Assembly: GCA_026004735.1 (NCBI GenBank)
Contig: BPJS01000001.1
Coordinates: 3,884,859-3,924,858 of the forward strand
Direction: 5' to 3'
Source: Isosphaeraceae bacterium
Lineage (GTDB): Bacteria; Planctomycetota; Planctomycetia; Isosphaerales; Isosphaeraceae
DNA length: 40,000 nucleotides
The position numbers were made by a program, and so were the translations under genes. Below, piece by piece: positions 17,404 to 25,305 of the stretch. Each line of letters starts with the position of its first letter. Positions within the stretch are counted from its first letter, which is position 1. Below the pieces are notes generated by a model. That model made no database searches, was not told the origin of the DNA, and worked only from the letters and a program-made list of their open reading frames with translations.

Positions 17404-18216
17404 TTGCTCGCTGCGCTCCAGCCGCTCCTGGCAGACCCGGCCCGCATCATCCGCCTCCAGACCGTCGATTCGACCAATTGCGAAGCCAAACGCCGGCTCC
17501 TGCACGAACCCCCGATTCCCCCCCTGCCGCCGTTCCTCATCACCACCCAATGCCAGACCGCCGGCCGCGGCCGAGGCTCCAACCGCTGGTATTCCGACAC
17601 CGGTAGTCTGATCGAAACCTACGCCTTCGACCCCGCCGCCTGCGGCCTCACACCCGACCGCGAACCCCTGGTCACGCTGGCCTTCGCCGTCTGCCTGATC
17701 CGTCGCCTTGAGCAGGTCCTGGCCGGCCAACTCCAGCTCCCCTTGGGGATTCGCTGGCCCAACGATCTTGAAGCCGGCGGGCGGAAATGGGGTGGCCTGC
17801 TCCTCGAACGGGTCCAGACGGCTCAGCGGGCCAGCCTCGTGCTCGGCGTCGGATTGAATCTCAGCATCGACCTGAGCCGCGCACCGCGCGACGTGGCCCG
17901 TCAGGCCACCACGCTCGAGGCCCTCTGCGGAGGGCAGGGGTTGGCTCGCTGGGACGATCGACTCGCCCAGACCACCCTCTGGGCCCTCAACGACGCCCTG
18001 GTTCGGCTGGCTCAAGGCGACCCCAGCCTCGCCCAGGACTGGGCTGCTCGCGACACCCTCCGCGACCAGCCGGTTCAGGCTCAGCTCTTTGGGCGGATCG
18101 TCTCCGGCATTGGCGCCGGCATCGACGCCACGGGACGGCTCCGCATCGCCACTTCGACCGGCGTCGTGGCTCTTGCCGGCGGCGTGATCCTCCGCGAACC
18201 GATTCCGGTGCGTTAG
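17404..18216 (+). CDS. birA: Biotin--protein ligase (group I, no N-terminal HTH)
   Basis: 270 aa with 'VDSTNCEA' and the biotin-binding loop 'QTAGRGRGSNRWYS'. TTG start 7 nt after the pyc stop. Confidence 0.8.
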   Translation: MLAALQPLLADPARIIRLQTVDSTNCEAKRRLLHEPPIPPLPPFLITTQCQTAGRGRGSNRWYSDTGSLIETYAFDPAACGLTPDREPLVTLAFAVCLIRRLEQVLAGQLQLPLGIRWPNDLEAGGRKWGGLLLERVQTAQRASLVLGVGLNLSIDLSRAPRDVARQATTLEALCGGQGLARWDDRLAQTTLWALNDALVRLAQGDPSLAQDWAARDTLRDQPVQAQLFGRIVSGIGAGIDATGRLRIATSTGVVALAGGVILREPIPVR

Positions 18217-20015
18217 CTCGCCGCCAGGCTCACCTCGGGCAACCCGAACGCTTGCCGCAGACAGGCCAGCCCCGACGGCCCCGACGCCAGATCGGTCAGC
18301 ACGTTGATCCGGACCTCGCTGGTCGAGATCAGCGCGATGTTGATCCCCTGCTGGGCCAGGGCGCCAAACATCCGGGTGGCAACCCCGGTGTGCGTCCGCA
18401 TCCCCACCCCGATCACCGAGAGCTTCGACAGCTCCGGCTGCACCGCGACCCGGCACCGCGGCTCAGCGCGTGAAGCTGCGGCCGCTGCATTATCGACCAT
18501 CACTCGCGGAACGGTGAACGACAAATGCGTGTTGCCCGCCTGGGCCGCATTCTGCACGATCATGTCGACGAAAACCCCCGCATCGGCGATCTCCTGAAAC
18601 ACCCGCGCCGCGTAACCCGGGCGATCCGGCAGATCGAGCAGCGTGACTCGGGCCTGCGAGGTATCGAGCTCGACCCCGGCAATGACCAGATCCTCCATTC
18701 CGGGATCAACCGGACCCTGGCCATCCTCTGGGGTGACGATCCCGAGTGCCGGCGAGGCGAGCCGCCGCGGCCGGAAATCGGCGATCCGGACGCTCGCGAG
18801 TTCTTCCAGACCAAACGCCTTGTGCACCGCCCGCAGCGCTGGGACCGCCGCCGCCCGCTCCACCAAGACGCTAATCTTGATTTCGCTGGTCGTGATCATC
18901 TGAATGTTGATCCCGGCCTCGGCCAGCGCCCGGAACATGATCGTCGCGACGCCCGTATGTGTCCGCATTCCCAGACCCACGATCGAAACCTTGGCCACCT
19001 CGGGGTCGTGATCCACGCCCGCCGCTCCAATGAAACGCGCGGCTTCTTCGGCGACCCGCAGCGTCTGCGGCAGATCGCCCGCGGCCACCGTGAAGCTGAC
19101 CTCGGTCGTCCCGTCCGTGGCCACGTTCTGCACGATCATGTCCACGACGATGGCCGCACGGCCGATCCGACGAAACAGCTCGTGAACCACCCCCGGACGG
19201 TCCGGTACCCCCAGAACGGTGACCCGGGCCTCGTCCTTCTGGAGCGCCGCGCCGGTCACGGAAACACCCACCAGCCGCGCATCGGCCTCGCCCACGATCC
19301 AGGTCCCCTCGGCGTCGGAAAAGCTCGATCGGACGTGGATCGGAACGCCATACTTCTTGGCAAACTCGATCGACCGGGAGTGCATCACCCCAGCGCCCAG
19401 GCTCGCTAGCTCCAACATCTCGTCGTAGCTGATCCGGTCGATCTTGCGGGCTTCGGCCACGAGCCGCGGATCGGTCGTATAGACCCCATCGACATCGGTG
19501 TAAATCTCGCAGGCGTCGGCTCCCAGCACGGCCGCCAGGGCCACGGCCGTCGTGTCTGAACCGCCTCGACCCAGGGTCGTGATGTTGGCGTTCTGGTCGA
19601 TTCCCTGAAAACCCGCCACGATCACAATCTGGCCACGATCCAGAGCCGAGCGAATCCGCTCGGTCGAGATGTCGCGGATCCGGGCCCGGGTGTGGAAGCT
19701 GTCGGTCACCAGCCCGATCTGCGCCCCGGTGAAGCTGATCGCCGGCACACCCAGCGACTGCACGGCCATCGCCATCAACGCCACGCTCACCTGCTCGCCC
19801 GTCGAGAGCAGCATGTCCAGCTCCCGCGCCGGCGGCTGATCGGTGATCTCCCGGGCCAGCGCGATTAGCTCATCGGTCGTATGACCTCGCGCCGAGACCA
19901 CCACCACCACCTGGTCGCCCCGCAGATGCGCCTGAATCGCCCGTCGCGCCGCCGCCAGGATCTTGCCACTATCGGCAACACTCGTGCCGCCAAATTTCTG
20001 AACAATCAGTGCCAC
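18213..20015 (-). CDS. lysC: Aspartate kinase with a duplicated regulatory region (four ACT domains)
   Basis: Contains 'IVQKFGGTSV' and 'TLGRGGSDTTA'. Two tandem copies of an ACT-ACT module are visible (ARVTVLGVPDRPG...VDMIVQN...SIVGLGMRTHTGVA and ARVTLLDLPDRPG...VDMIVQN...SVIGVGMRTHTGVA). Start chosen at GTG 20015, giving (M)ALIVQKFGG as in typical aspartokinases. The track's GTG at 20036 is the alternative. Confidence 0.93.
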   Translation of the reverse strand: MALIVQKFGGTSVADSGKILAAARRAIQAHLRGDQVVVVVSARGHTTDELIALAREITDQPPARELDMLLSTGEQVSVALMAMAVQSLGVPAISFTGAQIGLVTDSFHTRARIRDISTERIRSALDRGQIVIVAGFQGIDQNANITTLGRGGSDTTAVALAAVLGADACEIYTDVDGVYTTDPRLVAEARKIDRISYDEMLELASLGAGVMHSRSIEFAKKYGVPIHVRSSFSDAEGTWIVGEADARLVGVSVTGAALQKDEARVTVLGVPDRPGVVHELFRRIGRAAIVVDMIVQNVATDGTTEVSFTVAAGDLPQTLRVAEEAARFIGAAGVDHDPEVAKVSIVGLGMRTHTGVATIMFRALAEAGINIQMITTSEIKISVLVERAAAVPALRAVHKAFGLEELASVRIADFRPRRLASPALGIVTPEDGQGPVDPGMEDLVIAGVELDTSQARVTLLDLPDRPGYAARVFQEIADAGVFVDMIVQNAAQAGNTHLSFTVPRVMVDNAAAAASRAEPRCRVAVQPELSKLSVIGVGMRTHTGVATRMFGALAQQGINIALISTSEVRINVLTDLASGPSGLACLRQAFGLPEVSLAAS

Positions 20016-20125
20016 GGCTGTTCGATCCCTGGACACGGACCCGGATCAGGCCGCCACACGGTCGGTGCGCGGTTCCTGGTCCGCTGATCCAAAGCCGACA
20101 GTGTACCGACTGATCCGGCGTGCCG

Positions 20126-21346
20126 TCATTCGTCTGCCCGCCCCAGAAACCGCGCCATCAGCCGCCAGCCCGGATCGAGCAGCGGCCCCCCGCCCTCGAG
20201 GGCCGAGCGTTCGTCATACGCCAGACCGCTGCCGGCCAGCCCGGTTCCACACATCGCCCAGGGCACCGGCGCGCGATCATGGGCCCGGGTTCGCAGCAGC
20301 GTCGCATGGTCCGGACAAATGAGAATGCGGTACGCCCCCTGCACGCGCAAGGCTTCGTGCAACGGCGCCACAATCGCCTCGTCGATCCGCTCCAGCGCCT
20401 CGACCTTGGCCTCCGGGCGTCCCTCGTGGCTGGCCTCATCGGGCGCTTCGATGTGGACGCACACCAGGTCATGCGTGCGCAGGGCTTCGATCGCGTATCG
20501 GCCCTTGGCCGCGTAATCCGTATCCAGATACCCGGTGGCCCCGGGGACGTCGATTCGTGTCCAGCCGGCGAGCATCCCCGTCCCGCGGACCAGATCCACC
20601 GCTGATATGATCGCGCCCCGCAGCCCATGAAGTTCGCTAAACCGCGGCACGCTCGGCGCTCGGCCCTGTCCCCATAACCAGATCGCGTTGGCCGGCCGCT
20701 GCCCCGCTTCGACCCGCGCGCGGTTGACTGGGTGTTCAGCCAGGATCGACTCGGCCTCCCGCATCACCTCCCGCAGCAGCCGCGCCCCGGTCCCCTCCGG
20801 AAGATGATCTGCGGCCGGCTGATCGGGCACGTCGTGCGGAGGCGTGGTCCGCGTCGACTCATCAAACGGCGCGACAGCTCCCGCCTGGCCCCGAACAATC
20901 ATCGCGTTTCGGTAACTCACCCCGGCATGAAACTCGATCCCCGGAAACCGGGCCGGCAGCTCTGCCTGCAAGGCCGCTATCAATGCGGCCCCCTCCTCGC
21001 TCCGGATGTGCCCGGCCGTAAAGTCTGCGATTCGCCCCTCGACGATCGTCATCAGATTACACCGAACCGCCCAGTCGTCCGGCCCCAGCGGCACCCCCAT
21101 CGCCACCACTTCCAGCGGCGCACGTCCCGTGTAGTACCGCTCCGGGTCATAGCCGAACAGGCTCAGTGTCGCCACGTCGCTGGCCGGCAGAAACCGATCC
21201 GGCACATGCCGAGCCCGGCCCAAAACTCCCTCCCGGGCAATCGCATCCATCGCGGGCAGCCGCGCTGCCTGCAGCGGTGTTCGCCCCCCCAGCGCTGCGC
21301 ACGGCTCGTCCGCCGCTCCGTCCGGAATCACAATCCCGTACTTCAT
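20126..21346 (-). CDS. Archaeal-type cofactor-independent phosphoglycerate mutase family protein (ApgM-like); by context probably the 'proposed homoserine kinase' subfamily
   Basis: 406 aa with the family N-terminus 'MKYGIVIPDGAADEP' and metalloenzyme motif 'VHIEAPDEASHEG'. It starts 3 nt after the hom stop and is followed by lysC on the same strand. Confidence 0.8.
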   Translation of the reverse strand: MKYGIVIPDGAADEPCAALGGRTPLQAARLPAMDAIAREGVLGRARHVPDRFLPASDVATLSLFGYDPERYYTGRAPLEVVAMGVPLGPDDWAVRCNLMTIVEGRIADFTAGHIRSEEGAALIAALQAELPARFPGIEFHAGVSYRNAMIVRGQAGAVAPFDESTRTTPPHDVPDQPAADHLPEGTGARLLREVMREAESILAEHPVNRARVEAGQRPANAIWLWGQGRAPSVPRFSELHGLRGAIISAVDLVRGTGMLAGWTRIDVPGATGYLDTDYAAKGRYAIEALRTHDLVCVHIEAPDEASHEGRPEAKVEALERIDEAIVAPLHEALRVQGAYRILICPDHATLLRTRAHDRAPVPWAMCGTGLAGSGLAYDERSALEGGGPLLDPGWRLMARFLGRADE

Positions 21347-21349
21347 CGC

Positions 21350-22663
21350 TCATTCCTCGACCGCGTAGGAAACCGTCGGCCGGCGAATCACCTCCAGTCG
21401 ATCCGCCTCCGCAAGCGCCGAACGCAACGCCACCGAATCGGCCTGGTGCGTCATCAGAATCAGCGGCACCGGCGACTCAGGACCATCCGTCTCACCCGGG
21501 TCGTGCTGAATCACGCTGGCAATACTGATCCCGTGGCGTCCTAGCACCGCGGCGATCTGCCCCAGCGCCCCCGGCCGATCCAGAATCATAAAACGGAGAT
21601 AATACCGGCAAAACGCCGGTCCCGGCCGGACCGCTGGCTGATTCCCCGCACGCTCCGGCCACAATCCCAACACCGCAAACGAACGCGCCGCTCGCCCACA
21701 GGCCACATCCACCAGATCGCCCAGTACCGAAGAGGCCGTCGGCATCGCCCCGGCTCCCAGCCCATAAAACAGCGTGTCCCCCACCACGTCGCCGACCACC
21801 CGAATCGCGTTGTACGCGCCCTGAACGTCCGCCAGCGGCGTGCCCAGTCGAACCAGCCGCGGCGCCACCCCCAACTCCACCACCCCATCCCCGGCCAGCC
21901 GCGCCGTCGCCAGCAGCTTCACCGCATACCCCAGCTCTGAAGCAAACTTCAGATCGAGCGTCTCCAGCCGGTCGATCCCCACCCGCGGAATATCCGCCGT
22001 CGTGACCGTCACCCCAAAGGCAAGCTGCACCAACAACGCGAGCTTGTGCGCCGTGTCCGTCCCATCCACGTCGAGCGTCGGATCGGACTCGGCGTAGCCC
22101 AGCTCCTGCGCCTGCCTCAGCGCGGATTCATAGGACAGCTCGCGGCCGGTCATCGCCGTAAGTATGAAGTTGCACGTGCCATTGACGATCGCCGCCAGGG
22201 CCTCGATCCGATTCGCCGCCAGCCCGCACGACAACGCCTGAATGATCGGAATCCCCCCCGCCACCGCCGCCTCAAAGGCAACCACCCGCCCACTGCGCCG
22301 CGCCGCAGCGAAAATCTCCGTCCCATGCTCGGCCAGCAACGCCTTATTCGCCGTCACCACATCCTTGCCCGCCTCCAATGCCGCCAGAACCACCTCCCGC
22401 GCCGGCGTCAGACCCCCCAGCAACTCAACGACCACCTCCACCCGCGGATCAGCCACCACCGCCCGCCAGTCCGCCGTCAACCGTTCACCATGCAACCCCC
22501 CGGGCCGCGGTCGCGAAGGATCCCGCACCACCCCTCGAACGACCTCCAAGGGCCGACCCGCCCGGAGCGAGAGCCGCCGCCCCTCGGTCTCCAACAAATG
22601 CGCAACCGTTCCCCCCACCGTCCCCACCCCGACCAGGCCAATTCCAAGCGGTCGACCATCCAT
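21350..22663 (-). CDS. hom: Homoserine dehydrogenase
   Basis: 437 aa with the NAD-binding motif 'IGLVGVGTVGGTV', 'NGTCNFILT', and a C-terminal ACT domain. SD-like GGAGAG lies 7 nt upstream of the ATG. Confidence 0.95.
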   Translation of the reverse strand: MDGRPLGIGLVGVGTVGGTVAHLLETEGRRLSLRAGRPLEVVRGVVRDPSRPRPGGLHGERLTADWRAVVADPRVEVVVELLGGLTPAREVVLAALEAGKDVVTANKALLAEHGTEIFAAARRSGRVVAFEAAVAGGIPIIQALSCGLAANRIEALAAIVNGTCNFILTAMTGRELSYESALRQAQELGYAESDPTLDVDGTDTAHKLALLVQLAFGVTVTTADIPRVGIDRLETLDLKFASELGYAVKLLATARLAGDGVVELGVAPRLVRLGTPLADVQGAYNAIRVVGDVVGDTLFYGLGAGAMPTASSVLGDLVDVACGRAARSFAVLGLWPERAGNQPAVRPGPAFCRYYLRFMILDRPGALGQIAAVLGRHGISIASVIQHDPGETDGPESPVPLILMTHQADSVALRSALAEADRLEVIRRPTVSYAVEE

Positions 22664-23061
22664 TTGCCGCTCTCCAACTTTCCGAATCCACCCGACTCGC
22701 CAACATTACCGGAGGACTCCGCTCCCGGACAACCCAACCAACGGTCCCCCAACCACCCCCTACCACCTCGATCACCCAAACCGTGCGGCTTCGAAGTTGC
22801 CACGCCCAGCCAAGTTGATTACATTGGTTGTTAAACAATCCTCCTACGACCGGCCTGCCTCAGCCCTCCATCGCGTCGTAGGACTCTCCCCTGCGTTTCC
22901 CTCCGGGCCTCTGATGGCCCCCTCAGGAGCCGGTTCCCAGAACCGCCTCCCCCTCCGACCTGACGCCGACCCGACTGAGGCGGACGGCGACGCGCGACCT
23001 CGGACTCCCCACCAGGCGATGTCCCCGCGCGGATCGACAAAACGACTGAGGATCACCGCCC

Positions 23062-24567
23062 ATGTCCCCGAGCACTCATTCCAGGATTCGCGCCTTCCTG
23101 GTTCCCTCCGCTGCTCTGGGCATCGTCGCGGCCGCCCTGGTCTGGGGCGGCCGACTCTGGGGAAGCCACTCCCGCCTCGACCTCCAGCGGCTTCCGATCA
23201 TCCCCGTCGAACGGACCGATTTGCACACCCGGATCGTGGCCGCCGGTGAAGTTGATAGCGCCGAGAAGACGCTCGTGGAATGCGAGCTGGAGAGCCTCAG
23301 CATTTACTCCGACGGCCGTAGTTTCTCCGCCGCCGGGTCCTCCCGTATCATCGAGCTGATCCCCGAGGGCAGCCTGGTCAAGAAAGGGGATGTGCTCTGC
23401 CGTCTCGATTCCTCGGACTTCGAGGAAATGGTCCGCCAGCAAGAAATTAAGGTGCTTCAGGCCCGCGCCGACTTCGAACGGGCACGCTACGAACTCGATG
23501 CGGCCGAAATGGCCTTGCTCGAGTATCGCGAAGGGCTTCTCGAACAAGAAAAACAGCAGATCGAGGCCCAACGCCGCATGGCCCAGGCCGACATCCAGCG
23601 CGCCCGGGATCGCCTCGAATGGTCCCGACGGATGCTCAGCCAGGGCTTCATCTCCGAAGGCCAGGTCCTCCGCGAGGAAACCAATCTGCTCCGCGCCGAT
23701 ATCAACCTCCAACGCCTCAACGCCCAAGAACGCACCCTCCTGCGCTACGAAGCACCGGCCACCATCACGCGCCTCGAAATCCAGCGTGATCGCGCACGCA
23801 ACGAGCTTCGCTTCCAGCAGTTACGACTGACGCGGCGCGAAGAGCAGCTCGCCCGATTCCGCAAACAGGTCGAGAACTGCACGATTCGGGCACCGCACGA
23901 CGGCATGCTGATCTACGCCAACGAACGCGACAGAGACCCCCGCATCGAGGTCGGCGCCACCGTCTATCAAAAGATGGATCTGTTCTACCTGCCCGATTTC
24001 AGCAACATGGAAGTCTTGACCGTGATCAACGAAACCCGCGTCTCGGCCATCGAGCCCGGGATGCCGGCTCTGATCCGGGTCGAAACCCTGGCGGACCAGG
24101 AACTTGAAGGCCATGTGATCTCTGTCTCGCCGATGCCGATCCAACCGAAAAACTGGCGAGCCCAAAACAACGTCCGAAACTATCTGGCACGCATCAAAAT
24201 CCATCATGTCCCGCCCGAGCTTCGGCCTGGCATGTCGGCCCAGGTCGAGGTCATCACAGCGCACCATCCCCAGGCGCTGGTGATTCCAACGACAGCTGTC
24301 GCCGTCGAAAACGGTTCCGAATATTGCTACGTCCCCGTCGCCGGGGGGCTGGAACGCCGCCCGATTTTGGTCGAGCCGGGGACGACCGACTATGTGCGGG
24401 TCGTTCAGGGTCTGAGCGAAGGCGAGCCGGTCGTGGCCGACTCGAGCCTGGTCGCCCCGGAAATGCCAGTCCTTGCCTCCACGAGCGTTGTTCCGACGCC
24501 CGCTTCGCTGCCGGATTGGTCGGACACCGCGCCGGACTCGCCGATTCAGGCCGCTCTGGCGCACTGA
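23062..24567 (+). CDS. HlyD/efflux-type periplasmic adaptor (membrane fusion protein)
   Basis: 501 aa with an N-terminal TM (AFLVPSAALGIVAAALVW) and lipoyl-like halves ('KKGDVLCRLD' ... 'IRAPHDGMLIY') flanking a long coiled-coil hairpin. A beta-barrel/MPD-like region lies at the C-terminus. Confidence 0.8.
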   Translation: MSPSTHSRIRAFLVPSAALGIVAAALVWGGRLWGSHSRLDLQRLPIIPVERTDLHTRIVAAGEVDSAEKTLVECELESLSIYSDGRSFSAAGSSRIIELIPEGSLVKKGDVLCRLDSSDFEEMVRQQEIKVLQARADFERARYELDAAEMALLEYREGLLEQEKQQIEAQRRMAQADIQRARDRLEWSRRMLSQGFISEGQVLREETNLLRADINLQRLNAQERTLLRYEAPATITRLEIQRDRARNELRFQQLRLTRREEQLARFRKQVENCTIRAPHDGMLIYANERDRDPRIEVGATVYQKMDLFYLPDFSNMEVLTVINETRVSAIEPGMPALIRVETLADQELEGHVISVSPMPIQPKNWRAQNNVRNYLARIKIHHVPPELRPGMSAQVEVITAHHPQALVIPTTAVAVENGSEYCYVPVAGGLERRPILVEPGTTDYVRVVQGLSEGEPVVADSSLVAPEMPVLASTSVVPTPASLPDWSDTAPDSPIQAALAH

Positions 24568-24700
24568 TCCCAACGACCGCTACAACGCGCCTTCGGCTTC
24601 GAGGGATCGTCTGAATCGACGTCCCGGCGCCGAGCGATTCTCCTCTTGAGGCCCCGGCGCCTCGATCGAGATCGCCCCTCCGCTTCCCTCGGAATCCGCC

Positions 24701-25204
24701 ATGTCTGCCGGTTCTCCGAACTCGTTGCCTCAATCCCGCGGCAACGCATCCTCGACGGCCCTGGGCAACGCCGCGATCATCACCATCGCCCTGGCGCTCG
24801 GCCTGTGGACCCTGGTCCACCGCCGGCAGCTCGACTGGCCCCCCTCCCGCCTGTTCGCCGCCGCCACCACCTTGACCGGCTACCTGGCCCTGGCCGGCCC
24901 CCTCGTGCTGGGGCGACGAACTGTCCATGCTGCCGGGCTTGGCGACGTGGTCTGGCTGACCGTCGGCCTGCTTTTCTGGCTCTACAACGCCGCCTCCTTC
25001 CTCCGCGGGCGATTCGACCTCGATCAACTGCACAACCCAATCAGTCCGGTCGGACTGGGTCTCGCCGTCGCTGCCGTTGCGCTCGCCTCTTGGCGCCTGC
25101 ACGGTCCGGGCCGGCTCTGGACCTGGACGAACGTCACCGGCTGGCTCCTCGGCCTCTTCTGGATCACCGCCGGCGCCGCCGCCTTGATCCCAACGACCCG
25201 CTGA
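24701..25204 (+). CDS. Small integral membrane protein (4 predicted TM), unknown function
   Basis: 167 aa with strong third-position G/C bias and four hydrophobic, Trp-rich segments. No recognisable motif. Confidence 0.5.
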   Translation: MSAGSPNSLPQSRGNASSTALGNAAIITIALALGLWTLVHRRQLDWPPSRLFAAATTLTGYLALAGPLVLGRRTVHAAGLGDVVWLTVGLLFWLYNAASFLRGRFDLDQLHNPISPVGLGLAVAAVALASWRLHGPGRLWTWTNVTGWLLGLFWITAGAAALIPTTR

Positions 25205-25213
25205 CTCCAAGCC

Positions 25214-25243
25214 TTGACCTTTCGGCGAATCGGCGAATATTCT
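25214..25243 (+). promoter_or_regulatory. Candidate sigma70-type promoter (TTGACC - 18 nt - TATTCT) within a locally A/T-rich patch
   Basis: Read directly from the sequence. The spacer contains a tandem CGGCGAAT CGGCGAAT (25223-25238). It lies about 60 nt upstream of the GTG start at 25306. Promoter consensus in this lineage is not known to me. Confidence 0.25.
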
Positions 25244-25305
25244 CTCTATACCACTATATTTGAGCTTGTCGATCGTCCGGCGAGCCACCCGGGAGTCCTT
25301 CTACC

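Noticed and set aside
14389-18456. Two very long minus-strand ORFs (14389-16464, 691 aa; 16474-18456, 660 aa) antisense to pyc and birA.
   Set aside because: Their translations are Gly/Asp/Ala/Arg/Glu-rich low complexity with no recognisable motif. The opposite strand encodes a full-length pyruvate carboxylase and biotin ligase with all signature motifs. These are typical shadow ORFs caused by the scarcity of stop codons in high-GC sequence.
20732-23249. Plus-strand Pro/Arg-rich ORFs (20732-21544, 22046-22834, 22242-23249, 22378-22818) over the ApgM-like gene, hom and the following intergenic region.
   Set aside because: They are antisense to well-supported genes or run through non-coding DNA. 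Extreme Pro/Arg/Ser composition is typical of out-of-frame high-GC sequence.
24254-25288. 344-aa minus-strand ORF and 205-aa plus-strand ORF (24646-25263) overlapping the 167-aa membrane protein gene.
   Set aside because: Their Gly/Arg/Pro/Glu-rich translations show no structure. The 24701-25204 frame has the best third-position G/C bias and four clean hydrophobic helices. Confidence in that gene is still only moderate.
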